Positions 1 through 9,546 of a DNA stretch of 64,000 nt are shown piece by piece. The position numbers and the translations under genes were made by a program. Source of the DNA: Candidatus Bathyarchaeota archaeon (GTDB taxonomy: Archaea; Thermoproteota; Bathyarchaeia; Bathyarchaeales; Bathycorpusculaceae). A model generated the notes under the pieces. It searched no databases. It saw only the letters and a program-made list of their open reading frames with translations, and had not been told where the DNA came from. The DNA lies in the NCBI GenBank assembly GCA_963707955.1, contig OY970176.1:2176001-2240000 (forward strand). The letters run 5' to 3'. Each line of letters opens with the position of its first letter. The stretch's first letter is position 1.

Positions 1-180
1 ATGAGAATCAAGCTTGAAAACTAAACCGTCTACAACAGCAGCGTCGTCCAAGGCCTCAAGCGGCACCTCAGCACCGCTTGCACCGCCAAAGTACTTGACA
101 ACATAATTTCTGACCAAATCGTGCATGACTGTTCCGCCGGCACCATGCAACATAGTGATGTACTCATTATTGTCTGACAA
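1..180 (-). CDS. hypE: Hydrogenase maturation protein HypE, N-terminal part (runs off window)
   Basis: Manual translation MSDNNEYITMLHGAGGTVMHDLV...LEALDDAAVVDGLVFKLDSH; the HGAGG and DDAA motifs match HypE. Confidence 0.85.
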   Translation of the reverse strand, partial: MSDNNEYITMLHGAGGTVMHDLVRNYVVKYFGGASGAEVPLEALDDAAVVDGLVFKLDSH

Positions 181-295
181 GCTTCCGCCCACACTGAATT
201 ATGACTTAGGTAACCTTAAGAGCCAAACATAAACGCATCGTAGGAAACGTCATCAAATAGGGCGTTTCGGAACGGGCTAAAGAAGGTAAGGCCAA

Positions 296-943
296 ATGAA
301 GGCGACCTTTAACGTGAAGATCATCGACATCACGGCAAGAAAGGGTACGATTAGTACCTCCACAAGTGTCTGGCTCGGATGCCCTTCAGAAAATACAGAT
401 AGAGACAAGAATATCCCCAAAAGGCCGTTCCGAGAAGGTTGCACAAGAAGCTACTGATCGTTGATGGAGCAGTTGTCGCCACGATGGAGTATGGAACTGC
501 CGAATCATGCGGCTATCCATAAGTGGCGAGCATGTCATTGTCATGAATTGTGTCTCGGTTCTGAGAAAGGCAAAGATGCATGGTTTCGGGAGATTACTCG
601 TGGAACACATGGTCAAGAGCAAGAGAAATGTGTATGGTTTCGCAACAATAGCTTTGGAAAACCATTGGGGTCCGTGGTTCACTAAAGATCAGATAGAAAG
701 GTTAGGCTTCAGGTCAGTAGATTCGATCGATTTAGTCCACAAGACGAAACGCGGGCGGTCGCATTTTCAAGGTTCATCTCATGTGGATCCCAACAGCCGA
801 GAGAGCCAAGGCGCCGAATTGGGACAAACAAGAACTCTTGCAGGGTGAGACTTTCTGCATGGCTCATCCGCTGTGCTGTCCCCAGAAGTGGAAAGGAAAA
901 ATCCTTGAGGCAAAACAAAAGGGTCTAGCGGGCTTAATTTGAT
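296..943 (+). pseudogene. Decayed YoaP-like GNAT acetyltransferase
   Basis: Pieces in different frames (KIIDIT..YLHKCLARMPFRKY; VMNCVSVLRKAKMHGFGRLL; ENHWGPWF; HLMW..FCMAHP) with several in-frame stops and frameshifts. Confidence 0.7.
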
Positions 944-963
944 TTTGAACCGTTTTTGTTAAA

Positions 964-978
964 GGAAAACCATATAAA
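964..978 (+). promoter_or_regulatory. Putative BRE/TATA promoter of the ribosomal operon
   Basis: GGAAAACCATATAAA about 45 nt upstream of the L22 GTG start. Confidence 0.55.
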
Positions 979-1021
979 TCACCATACCGCTGTTCAATTG
1001 CACAACTGGAGAGAATATGAA

Positions 1022-1510
1022 GTGCCAAAATGGGGATACTCGATAGCAGAAGAAGAGCTGGATCCCGAGAAGACGGTAAAAGCAAGCGCACGAGAGATCA
1101 GAGTATCCCACAAATCGGCCCGCGAAGTATGTAGGACAATCAAGGGAATGATGCTGACTCAGGCCAAGCAGTACCTCAGAGATGTTATTGCCAAGAAGAA
1201 GCCTGTTCCCTACAGGAGGTTCACGAAGAAACTGGGTCACCGCCACGGCTTGGAAAAAGCTTTTGCAGGCAGGTACCCCGTGAAAACAGCATCACAAATT
1301 CTCAAGTTACTTGAAGGGGCTGAGGCAAATGCCGAAAACAAGGGACTAGACACGGACAGGTTGCGCATCATCCATGCAGCTACAAGTCAAGGGATGAAAG
1401 TGAAGCGGTTTCAGCCAAGAGCCCAGGGAAGAACGACGCCAGACTTTGACACTCCATCACACGTTGAAATAGCCCTTGAAGAGCAAGCGGAGAGGAGAGA
1501 AGAAGCCTAG
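1022..1510 (+). CDS. rpl22: 50S ribosomal protein uL22
   Basis: GTG start (MPKWGYS); ASAREIRVSHK..GRYPVK..HVEIAL motifs. Confidence 0.95.
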   Translation: MPKWGYSIAEEELDPEKTVKASAREIRVSHKSAREVCRTIKGMMLTQAKQYLRDVIAKKKPVPYRRFTKKLGHRHGLEKAFAGRYPVKTASQILKLLEGAEANAENKGLDTDRLRIIHAATSQGMKVKRFQPRAQGRTTPDFDTPSHVEIALEEQAERREEA

Positions 1511-2253
1511 TGTCCGTTGTCAAACACTTTATAACAGAGTCTATAAAGAAAACAGAAATCGACGAGTACCTGCAGAAGAAACTCGACAGAGCAGGATACG
1601 GCGGCGTAACAATATCCAAGACTCCGCTTGGAACCCACATAGTTATTTACGCAATGCGCCCGGGCCTTGTTATAGGCAGAGGTGGAGAAACAATAAGAGA
1701 GCTTGCATCTTTCTTGGAAGAGAAGTTCAACGTTTCAAACCCGCAGATTTCTGTGTCTGAGATCGAGGTTCCTGAGTTAAATGCTTACGTTGTTGCTTCT
1801 CGCGTCGCCTCAGCCTTGCAGAGGGGCGTGCACTTTAGACGCGCCGGTTTCTGGTCTCTGAACCAGGTCATGGAAGCAGGAGCCCTTGGCGCAGAGATAG
1901 TAATCAGCGGCAAACTTAGGACCGAAAGAGCGAGATTTGAAAAATTCCGAGCTGGCTATCTGGTGAAGTGCGGAGAACCGTCGCTGAAGTACATGCAGAG
2001 GGCGGAGGTTCATGTTCAACTGAAACCAGGCGTGTTCGGCGTGAGAGTCAGAATAATGCCTCCAGATGCAGTGTTTCCGGATAAGCTTCACATAATTGAA
2101 AATCTCCCACCAGAAGAGGAAACGACAGAAAAAGAGGGCGAGCAGGAAACCGAGGTTGAAGAAGCGAAACCTGAAGAGGCGAAGACTGAAGAAGCAGGGG
2201 CCGAAGAAGCAGGGGCGAGAGAGGTAGGAGAAGAAGGGGAGGCAGTTGAATAA
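1510..2253 (+). CDS. rps3: 30S ribosomal protein uS3 with acidic C-terminal tail
   Basis: KH domain RPGLVIGRGG; SGKLRTERA. Confidence 0.97.
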   Translation: MSVVKHFITESIKKTEIDEYLQKKLDRAGYGGVTISKTPLGTHIVIYAMRPGLVIGRGGETIRELASFLEEKFNVSNPQISVSEIEVPELNAYVVASRVASALQRGVHFRRAGFWSLNQVMEAGALGAEIVISGKLRTERARFEKFRAGYLVKCGEPSLKYMQRAEVHVQLKPGVFGVRVRIMPPDAVFPDKLHIIENLPPEEETTEKEGEQETEVEEAKPEEAKTEEAGAEEAGAREVGEEGEAVE

Positions 2254-2492
2254 TGCCTTTGATCCGAGTCAAAGAAATACGGGACATGTCCTCAGAAGGC
2301 AGGTCTAAGAGACTTGGTGAGTTCAGGACAGAGCTTCTTAGGTTGAGAATTATGATCATGGCGGGTGGCACGATCGAAAACCCCGCCCGAGTGAAAGAAT
2401 TGCGCAAAGCGATTGCTAAGATACTCACGATAGAACAAGAACAAAAGCTTGGGATAAGAAAAACAGAGCCTGAGAGGAAGAAAAAGAAATGA
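2253..2492 (+). CDS. rpl29: 50S ribosomal protein uL29
   Basis: ENPARVKELRKAIAKILT; operon position. Confidence 0.95.
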   Translation: MPLIRVKEIRDMSSEGRSKRLGEFRTELLRLRIMIMAGGTIENPARVKELRKAIAKILTIEQEQKLGIRKTEPERKKKK

Positions 2493-2770
2493 AGGTGGCG
2501 CCAGATATCATCCGATGCGAGTTCATCGGAACTGAAGCCGGGGTTAGCAAGAGCAGCCATAACGGATACGTCGGAATATCTGGCTACGTAATTGACGAAA
2601 CCCGGAACACCTTCACGATCGCGTGTCATGGAAAAAGAAAGGCTGTTCCAAAAGGCTCAAGCACCTTCAGATTTGAGTTTCCTGACGGTACGGTTGTTGA
2701 AATCGAAGGAAGAATCCTTGTCGGAAGACCTGAGGACCGGTTGAAGAAACGCGTTAGGAGACTATGGTAA
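2489..2770 (+). CDS. rnp1: RNase P protein subunit Rpp29
   Basis: G.VIDETRNT...GRPEDRLK; position between L29 and S17. Confidence 0.93.
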   Translation: MKVAPDIIRCEFIGTEAGVSKSSHNGYVGISGYVIDETRNTFTIACHGKRKAVPKGSSTFRFEFPDGTVVEIEGRILVGRPEDRLKKRVRRLW

Positions 2771-3087
2771 TGTCACTGACTTTTAAGAAGCCTAAGAAGA
2801 CCTGCGACGACATAAACTGTCCGTTCCATGGAGAACTGCCGATAAGAGGCCACGTTCTGGAAGGAGTCGTGGTCAGCGCAAGAATGGACAAGACAGTTGT
2901 CGTGGAACGCGATTACCTTTTATACGTGCCGAAGTTCAAGAGGTACGAAAGAAGACACAGTCGCATTCCGTCACACAAACCACCGTGCATCGACGTAAAA
3001 GAAGGAGACCACGTGATCATAGCAGAAAGCCGCCCGATAAGCAAGACAGTTGGGTTTGTGGTCGTTGAAAAAACGGAGGAGAAGTAG
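2770..3087 (+). CDS. rps17: 30S ribosomal protein uS17
   Basis: [27 protein letters not shown]. Confidence 0.97.
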   Translation: MSLTFKKPKKTCDDINCPFHGELPIRGHVLEGVVVSARMDKTVVVERDYLLYVPKFKRYERRHSRIPSHKPPCIDVKEGDHVIIAESRPISKTVGFVVVEKTEEK

Positions 3088-3089
3088 GG

Positions 3090-3530
3090 ATGGCGGCAAA
3101 GGCAAAGCAAAGGGCGCTCGTCGCAAGAGGAATGATCGGGCACGGGCCCAAGCTGTCAAGAGGGCTTCAACCCCCGGCGATGTTGAGGTGCGCTGACAAT
3201 ACAGGGGCAAGAACGCTTCGGCTGGTTCAGGTCTTCGGCTACAAGGGCACGATTAGGCGTTACCCATCCGCGACAGTGGGAGACAAGATAACCGTTTCTG
3301 TGAGACACGGGACTCCGGATATGAGGAAGAAGATCTTCCAAGCAGTGATTGTGAGACAGAGGAAGCCATTCCGAAGGGTTGACGGTGTCTGGGTCCAGTT
3401 TGAAGATAATGCAGCGGTTATAATAACTCCTGAGGGGGAAATGAAAGGTTCAGAGATTCGCGGTCCCGTAGCAAAAGAGGCTGCTGAGAGGTGGCCACGG
3501 ATTGCCAGCGCCTCCAGCATAATAGCCTAG
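3090..3530 (+). CDS. rpl14: 50S ribosomal protein uL14
   Basis: [28 protein letters not shown]. Confidence 0.97.
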   Translation: MAAKAKQRALVARGMIGHGPKLSRGLQPPAMLRCADNTGARTLRLVQVFGYKGTIRRYPSATVGDKITVSVRHGTPDMRKKIFQAVIVRQRKPFRRVDGVWVQFEDNAAVIITPEGEMKGSEIRGPVAKEAAERWPRIASASSIIA

Positions 3531-3541
3531 GAGCGTAGAAC

Positions 3542-4210
3542 ATGCAGGCACCAAAACCATTGACAAAACCAACAAAGCAAAGAAAAATGCTATACGACGC
3601 GCCGGCTCACGTACGGCACAGGTTTCTTGCGGCGCATCTTTCCAAGGGCCTCAGGGCTTCACATGACGTGAAGAGCCTTCCAGTGAGGAGCGGAGACACA
3701 GTTCGCGTTATGAGAGGAGACCATCGAGGAGTCGAAGGAAAGGTCACTCGCGTCGACTTGGCAAAATACAGGGTCTACGTTGAAGGGTTGACACGCGAAA
3801 AAGTTGACGGAACAACAGTGTTCCTTCCAGTGCACCCGTCTAAAGTTGTAATCACAGGTCTGAACCTCGACGACAAGTGGCGAAAGAAAATCTTAGAGAG
3901 AAAGAAGGAAAGACGAAAGAAGCCAGAAAAGGCCGTGGAGAAGCCAGAGGTTAGACCTGTAGAAAAGCCGAAAGAAGTTGCTGAAGTGGAGGGAGCGGTG
4001 GAAGCGGTGGAAGAGAAGCCGGCTCCTGAGGAGAAAGCTTCTAGGAAGAGAATCACGAGGACAGAGAGGAAAACACCTGCAAAGAAGGTTTCAAAAAAGA
4101 CGAAGCCCGAAGCCAGAGTGACTGAAAAAGAAGAGAAGCCGAGACCAAAGAGGAGAACCAGACGCAGCCCCCGCAGGACCGCCAAGAAAACTGAAGAAGA
4201 GGGACAATGA
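3542..4210 (+). CDS. rpl24: 50S ribosomal protein uL24 with long charged C-terminal extension
   Basis: KQRK..YDAP, GDTVRVMRG, PVHPSKV. Confidence 0.95.
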   Translation: MQAPKPLTKPTKQRKMLYDAPAHVRHRFLAAHLSKGLRASHDVKSLPVRSGDTVRVMRGDHRGVEGKVTRVDLAKYRVYVEGLTREKVDGTTVFLPVHPSKVVITGLNLDDKWRKKILERKKERRKKPEKAVEKPEVRPVEKPKEVAEVEGAVEAVEEKPAPEEKASRKRITRTERKTPAKKVSKKTKPEARVTEKEEKPRPKRRTRRSPRRTAKKTEEEGQ

Positions 4211-4971
4211 GCATGGGCGGAAAGGAGAAATCTTCAGGACTGAAACGTAAGCCGGCCCCAAGATTCTGGCCGATTCACAGGAAAGAGTTTGTATGGGCCG
4301 TGAAGCCCGCGTCAGGGCCTCACTCACTCGAAGAATGCATGCCCCTAGCAATTGTTTTGCGTGATGTCCTAGGATTCGCCGAAACGAGGAAAGAGGCGAA
4401 GACGATTGTCGCTCAAGGGAAGGTCTACGTAGACGGAAAAGTAAGGCGAAGAGACGATTTCCCCGTCGGCCTGATGGACGTTATTTCAGTACCTGAAATG
4501 GGCAAGAGCTTCTGCACTCTGCCTTCTTATAAAGGCCTGATCCTGAACCCGATCAGCGATGAAGAGGCGAAGTTCAAGCTTTTCAGGATAGAAGACAAAA
4601 CGGTTGTCAAAAGAGGGCAGGTGCAGCTTCACCTTCATGATGGCTCAAACCTGATGATCCAAGTTGCTGACCAAAAAAACCCGAAGGAAGACGTTTTCGG
4701 TGCACTTGACACGCTGAAGTTGAGCCTTCCAGAGAAGCAGATACTTGAACACACAAGGATGAAAGAAAAAGCGTACGCGATCATAACTGGTGGAAAAAAC
4801 GTTGGAAAGTTCGGGAGAATAGTTGAGATCGAAAAGGCAGAAGGAAAAAAGCGCAGGAATGCACTGGTGACGATCGAGAATGAGAAAGGGGCGCGCTACC
4901 AAACAACGCTGGATTTCGTCTTTGCGGTAGGGGAGGCACAGCCTCTCGTCTCGTTGCCGGAGGCAGACTGA
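4207..4971 (+). CDS. rps4e: 30S ribosomal protein eS4
   Basis: LKRKPAPRFWPI, GPH, VDGKVR..FPVGLMDVI; the start may be ATG 4213. Confidence 0.97.
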   Translation: MSMGGKEKSSGLKRKPAPRFWPIHRKEFVWAVKPASGPHSLEECMPLAIVLRDVLGFAETRKEAKTIVAQGKVYVDGKVRRRDDFPVGLMDVISVPEMGKSFCTLPSYKGLILNPISDEEAKFKLFRIEDKTVVKRGQVQLHLHDGSNLMIQVADQKNPKEDVFGALDTLKLSLPEKQILEHTRMKEKAYAIITGGKNVGKFGRIVEIEKAEGKKRRNALVTIENEKGARYQTTLDFVFAVGEAQPLVSLPEAD

Positions 4972-4972
4972 C

Positions 4973-5515
4973 TTGTCCGAAGACCAGATCCGCAAGAAAT
5001 GGGAAACGCAGCCAATGCTCAGACCAAGGATAGAAAAAGTCGTGGTCAACATCAGCGTTGGAAAGTCTGGTGAACCTCTGGAGAAAGCCGCAAGAGTCTT
5101 GAAGGAAATAACGGGTCAAACTCCGTGCAAGAGAAGGGCGAAGGACACTGTAAGAGATTTTGGCATCAGAAAAGGAGAATCGATAGCTTGCATCGCAACG
5201 CTGAGAAAAGAAAAAGCGATTGAATTCTTGAACAAGGTTCTGCCGGTCGTTGACAAGAGGCTTTCCAGCAAGAGTTTCGACAGACAGGGCAACTTTTCCT
5301 TCGGCTTAAAAGAACACATTGAGCTGCCAGGAGTAAAATACGACCCCGACGTCGGAATATTCGGTATGGACATATGCGTGTCGGTCATTCGGCCAGGCTA
5401 CCGGGTTAAGACAAGAAGGAAAGAAAGGAGCAAGATTGGCACCAGGCACGTTCTGACACCCGAGGACTCTATCGTGTTCGTCAAGGACACCTTGGGTGTG
5501 GAAATCACTGAATAG
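4973..5515 (+). CDS. rpl5: 50S ribosomal protein uL5
   Basis: [30 protein letters not shown]. Confidence 0.97.
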   Translation: MSEDQIRKKWETQPMLRPRIEKVVVNISVGKSGEPLEKAARVLKEITGQTPCKRRAKDTVRDFGIRKGESIACIATLRKEKAIEFLNKVLPVVDKRLSSKSFDRQGNFSFGLKEHIELPGVKYDPDVGIFGMDICVSVIRPGYRVKTRRKERSKIGTRHVLTPEDSIVFVKDTLGVEITE

Positions 5516-5526
5516 GTGGACGGCAA

Positions 5527-5691
5527 ATGGGAAAACAGAAACCTAAGAAGGAAAAAAAGTACGGCAAAGGTGCAAGGCCGTGCAGCAGATGCGGGTCTTA
5601 TGGTCCAATCATCCGACGTTACAATTTATATCTGTGCCGGCAATGTTTTAGGGAAGTAGCCAAAAAACTCGGCTTCAAAAAATACGAGTGA
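5527..5691 (+). CDS. rps14: 30S ribosomal protein uS14 (zinc type; not in ORF track)
   Basis: [54 protein letters not shown]. Confidence 0.96.
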   Translation: MGKQKPKKEKKYGKGARPCSRCGSYGPIIRRYNLYLCRQCFREVAKKLGFKKYE

Positions 5692-5703
5692 ATGAGGAAA
5701 AGC

Positions 5704-6090
5704 ATGATGGACACCTTGGCAAACGGGTTGATAACAGTCATCAACAACGAAATGCGAAACAAGCACGAATGCATAATCAGCCCAGCCTCTAAGCTCTTGG
5801 GCCGAGTCCTGAGAATCATGCAACTGAACGGTTACATCGGTGAATTCGAGTTCATAGACGATGGCCGTTCTGGAAAATTCAAGGTTCAGCTGCTTGGAAG
5901 AATAAACAGGTGTGGAGCCATCAGGCCACGGTTTTCACTCAAAGCAGACCAGTTTGAAGAATGGGAAAAAGAGTTCCTCCCGTCGAGAGAGGTGGGCTTG
6001 CTCGTTGTCTCAACTCCTGCTGGCGTGCTGTCACACAAGGACGCGAAGGAAAAACGCGCTGGAGGTAAACTGCTAGCCTTCGTTTACTAA
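5704..6090 (+). CDS. rps8: 30S ribosomal protein uS8
   Basis: DTLAN..PASKL..GYIGEFEFIDDGRSG..GGKLLAFVY; start could be 5692, 5704 or 5707. Confidence 0.96.
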   Translation: MMDTLANGLITVINNEMRNKHECIISPASKLLGRVLRIMQLNGYIGEFEFIDDGRSGKFKVQLLGRINRCGAIRPRFSLKADQFEEWEKEFLPSREVGLLVVSTPAGVLSHKDAKEKRAGGKLLAFVY

Positions 6091-6103
6091 GAGATGTTCA
6101 AAA

Positions 6104-6652
6104 ATGCGAGCCCCAGAAAAGTCCGAAACCATTCAAGTCCCAGAGGATGTTGAAGTAGGCCTTGAAGGAAGAAGAATCACAGTGAAAGGTTCGAAAGGAA
6201 CATTGACACGTGACTTTTCTCACGAGCCTGTTTCAATCGAACTTGACGGCAAAACGGTGCGAGTGTCGGCTGAATGGCCTCGAAAAAGGGAAGCGGCACT
6301 CGTTGGCACCGTTCGTTCGCACATTCAGAACATGATCACAGGCGTCAGGAAGGGTTTTACGTACAAGCTTAAAATCGTCTTCTCACACTTCCCAGTCTCA
6401 GCCAAGCTCAAGGAAAGGACAGTTCTTATTGAAAACTTCACTGGCGAGCGAAACCCAAGAAAGGCCAAAATAATCGGCAACGTTGAAGTCAGCATCCAAG
6501 GAGAGGACATCGTCGTTCGGGGCATAAACCTGGAAGACGTGAGCCAGACGGCAGCAAACATTGAACAAGCTACGAAGGTGAGGAGAAAAGACCCGCGCAT
6601 CTTCTTAGACGGGCTTTACGTTTACGAACAAGCCGAGGGGATGGAAGGATGA
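6104..6652 (+). CDS. rpl6: 50S ribosomal protein uL6
   Basis: HFP, ENFTGE, KDPRIFLDGLYV. Confidence 0.97.
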   Translation: MRAPEKSETIQVPEDVEVGLEGRRITVKGSKGTLTRDFSHEPVSIELDGKTVRVSAEWPRKREAALVGTVRSHIQNMITGVRKGFTYKLKIVFSHFPVSAKLKERTVLIENFTGERNPRKAKIIGNVEVSIQGEDIVVRGINLEDVSQTAANIEQATKVRRKDPRIFLDGLYVYEQAEGMEG

Positions 6653-7212
6653 CAGAGCCAAACGCGATCACACGTAAAAGAGCTTTGAAGCTGAGGGAGC
6701 GCCTTAAGGAAGGAAAGCCAAAGTTTGCGAGGCCAGAGAGCTGGCGATACGTGCGTCTGAAGGAAAACTGGCGCAACCCACGAGGCTTGGACAACAAGGT
6801 CAGAATGTACATCAAAGGCTGGCCTCCACCAGTGAGTTCTGGATACGGAGGGCCGCGGGTTTCCAGGGGTCTTCACCCCTCAGGCTATGAGGAGGTCCTG
6901 GTTTACAACGTTGAACAGGTCAGCAAAGTAACACCGAACACTCAGGCTCTGCGCATCGCCCACACGGTTGGCAAAAGAAAGCGGACCAAAATCCTTGCAG
7001 AAGCAACAAAAAAGAAAATAGTTGTTCTCAACCTGAGGCAGGCCAGAGAAGCAGCTGGAGAGAAGTCCGCAGAAGAGAAGGAAGAGAAAGAAGAGGAAGG
7101 AGCAAAAGAAACGCAAGGACAACCCAAAGAAGCGGAAGAAGCCCGTGCAACAGAGAAAGCGCAGCCAGAAAAAAAGACCAAGAGACGTAAAGGGAGAGCG
7201 AAGGAGCAATGA
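6649..7212 (+). CDS. rpl32e: 50S ribosomal protein eL32 with charged C-terminal extension
   Basis: WRNPRGLDNKVR, RGLHPSG, IAHTVGKRKR. Confidence 0.96.
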   Translation: MTEPNAITRKRALKLRERLKEGKPKFARPESWRYVRLKENWRNPRGLDNKVRMYIKGWPPPVSSGYGGPRVSRGLHPSGYEEVLVYNVEQVSKVTPNTQALRIAHTVGKRKRTKILAEATKKKIVVLNLRQAREAAGEKSAEEKEEKEEEGAKETQGQPKEAEEARATEKAQPEKKTKRRKGRAKEQ

Positions 7213-7664
7213 CAGGCCTCCGAAATCAGCGTCGTCTTGCAGCTCAAATAATGAAGGTTGGGCGAAACCGCGTCTGGATAGACCCTGAAAGAACGGTTGA
7301 CGTGGAAACCGCGATGACTCGTGACGAAATCAGAAGACTCGTCCATGAAGGCACCATAAAGTCACTGCCCGTAACGGGTGTGAGCCGCGCGAGAGCCCGA
7401 ATCCTGCACGATAAGAAAAAGAAGGGAAGACGAAGAGGTCCTGGGAGCAGAACCGGCTCTGCGAAGGCAAGAGTTTCAAAGAAAGAGGCTTGGATGAGCA
7501 AGATCAGGGCTTTAAGAAAGAGGCTTCAAGAATTAAAAGCGAAAAAGGTCTTCCCTGAAAGTGCCTACCAAAAACTGTACAGGATGGCAGGCAGCGGCAG
7601 GTTTGAATCGGTTGCTGACCTGGAGCGCTACCTGAAGGCGCATGAGCTCTGGAGGAAACGTTAG
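7209..7664 (+). CDS. rpl19e: 50S ribosomal protein eL19
   Basis: QRRLAA..VGRNRVWIDP, GRRRGPGSRTG, WMSKIRALR. Confidence 0.97.
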   Translation: MTGLRNQRRLAAQIMKVGRNRVWIDPERTVDVETAMTRDEIRRLVHEGTIKSLPVTGVSRARARILHDKKKKGRRRGPGSRTGSAKARVSKKEAWMSKIRALRKRLQELKAKKVFPESAYQKLYRMAGSGRFESVADLERYLKAHELWRKR

Positions 7665-8272
7665 TGGCGAAAAACTCACGCTACTGCACGAAATTCCGTC
7701 GCAGAAGAGAGGGAAAAACGGACTACAGGGCTAGAAAAGCCTTCATACTTTCTGGCAAGCCTAGGTTGGTGACTCGCACAAGCATCAACAACACAACTGC
7801 CCAGATAGTCGTGGCCAAGCCGAGAGGAGACCAAGTTCTCGTCTCTGCTCACAGCAGGGAATTAGCCAAGAAGTACGGATGGAAGGCCCCTCGGGGAAAC
7901 ATCCCAGCAGCATATCTCACCGGTTTCTTGTGCGGCCTGAAAGCCAAGGCTCACGGGATAGGAGAAGCAATCCTAGACATAGGACTCTATCCGCCTTCAA
8001 AGGGAGCAAGAGTCTTCGCCGTGCTCAGGGGAGTCCTAGACGCAAAGGTGAACGTGCCCCACAGCGAGGAAAAATTGCCTGATGAAAAGAGAATCGGAGG
8101 CGAACACATCGCCAAGTACGCAGAAGGCCTTGCGTCCAACGCTGAAGAGTATCAGACAAAGTTCTCAAAATACTTGGAGCAGAAAATTCGACCAGAAACT
8201 CTTCCCAAACACTTCGCAAAAGTCAAGTCGGACATGGTTGCAGCATTCAAAAGCAGAGGTAAGAAGAATTGA
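7664..8272 (+). CDS. rpl18: 50S ribosomal protein uL18
   Basis: RRRREGKTDY, N.PAAYLTG, AILDIGL. Confidence 0.97.
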   Translation: MAKNSRYCTKFRRRREGKTDYRARKAFILSGKPRLVTRTSINNTTAQIVVAKPRGDQVLVSAHSRELAKKYGWKAPRGNIPAAYLTGFLCGLKAKAHGIGEAILDIGLYPPSKGARVFAVLRGVLDAKVNVPHSEEKLPDEKRIGGEHIAKYAEGLASNAEEYQTKFSKYLEQKIRPETLPKHFAKVKSDMVAAFKSRGKKN

Positions 8273-8967
8273 CGTTCAGAGGCCGTAGGAGAGACAGTAG
8301 GAGAGACAGTAGGAGAGACAGTAGGAGAGACCGTGCGAGAGAATCGTCAGAAAGGATGGAGCAGTGGGTTCCAAAAACTCGCTTAGGAAAGATGATTCAA
8401 GAAGGCAGAATCACCTCGATCGAAGAAGTTTTTATGGCAGGTCTGCAGGTGCGCGAGTCTCAGATCATTGATGCTCTGATACCGGACCTGCAAGAAGAAG
8501 TCATAAACATAAACTTGGTTCAAAAACAGACAGATGCCGGCGAAAAATCCAGGTTCAAGGCAATAGTTGCCGTTGGAAACAGAGACGGTTACATAGGCTT
8601 GGGCTCCGGAAAAGCCAGCCAAGTGCGGAATGCCATAGAGAAAGCGGCCACAGACGCCCGGTTGAAGATCGTTCCGGTCAGACGCGGATGCGGAAGTTGG
8701 GAATGTGGGTGCGGAAGGCCACACTCGATACCCTTTCAGATTGAGGGTAAAACCGGCGGGGTGAGAGTGGTTTTTGTCCCAGGCCCCAGAGGCTTAGGTA
8801 TCGTGGCAAGCGAAGTGTCAAAGGTGATACTCGGCCTATCGGGCGTGAAAGACTGTTGGACCCGAACCTACGGTTCAACAAGAACCATTCCTTCCTTTGC
8901 ATACGCGGTTTTTGACGCGTTGAAGCAGACCTATGGTCTCATAACTCCGACAGACTGGGTGAGATAG
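8269..8967 (+). CDS. rps5: 30S ribosomal protein uS5
   Basis: WVPKTRLG, VQKQTDAGE, RRGCGSWECGCG. Confidence 0.97.
   Translation: MTFRGRRRDSRRDSRRDSRRDRARESSERMEQWVPKTRLGKMIQEGRITSIEEVFMAGLQVRESQIIDALIPDLQEEVININLVQKQTDAGEKSRFKAIVAVGNRDGYIGLGSGKASQVRNAIEKAATDARLKIVPVRRGCGSWECGCGRPHSIPFQIEGKTGGVRVVFVPGPRGLGIVASEVSKVILGLSGVKDCWTRTYGSTRTIPSFAYAVFDALKQTYGLITPTDWVR
8285..8331 (+). repeat. 12-bp tandem repeat (GTAGGAGAGACA) x3.9 encoding RRDS repeats
   Basis: Directly visible perfect repeat in the 5' end of rps5. Confidence 0.95.
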
Positions 8968-9456
8968 TTGGCTCAAGAAACCAAGGAACGAAAGTGCATC
9001 GCAGTTGTGAGAATTCGCGGAACCGTTAGTGCTACGATGCAGGCTAGAGAAACCCTGCAGATGTTGCATTTGACGAGGAACAACTATGCCGTGCTGATCG
9101 ATGACAGACCGTCATATCTTGGGATGCTGAAAGCCGCTCGGGACTACATAACGTACGGCGAAGCTTCGAAGGAAATTGTCACCATGATGATAAGGGAGAA
9201 GGGAAGAATCGCCGGTGACAAGAAACTGACGGATGAATACGCACAAAAAGCTCGTTTCAACTCGCTTGATGATCTGGCAGAAGCAACTCACACCTGCCGC
9301 ATCGAATACTGGAAACTGCCCAGCATACAGCCCGTCTTCAGGCTCCACCCACCATCCAAGGGTTTCAAGGGAAAGATCAAAAGAGGATACGGCTCAGGCG
9401 GGGAGCTGGGATACCGCGGAGAGAAAATCAACGAACTCCTGAGAAGAATGCTCTAG
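8968..9456 (+). CDS. rpl30: 50S ribosomal protein uL30
   Basis: AVVRIRG, FRLHPPSKG, GELGYRG. Confidence 0.96.
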   Translation: MAQETKERKCIAVVRIRGTVSATMQARETLQMLHLTRNNYAVLIDDRPSYLGMLKAARDYITYGEASKEIVTMMIREKGRIAGDKKLTDEYAQKARFNSLDDLAEATHTCRIEYWKLPSIQPVFRLHPPSKGFKGKIKRGYGSGGELGYRGEKINELLRRML

Positions 9457-9546
9457 GGCTCAGCGGCTTTTCTCGTTTTTTGCGTTTTGTTTGCGATACG
9501 TTTTATAGTTGCTTTTCAGATGCCATGTATGCGGGGGAGGACAGAG

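Noticed and set aside
8285-8331. Mini-CRISPR
   Set aside because: Contiguous in-frame 12-mers with no spacers inside rps5
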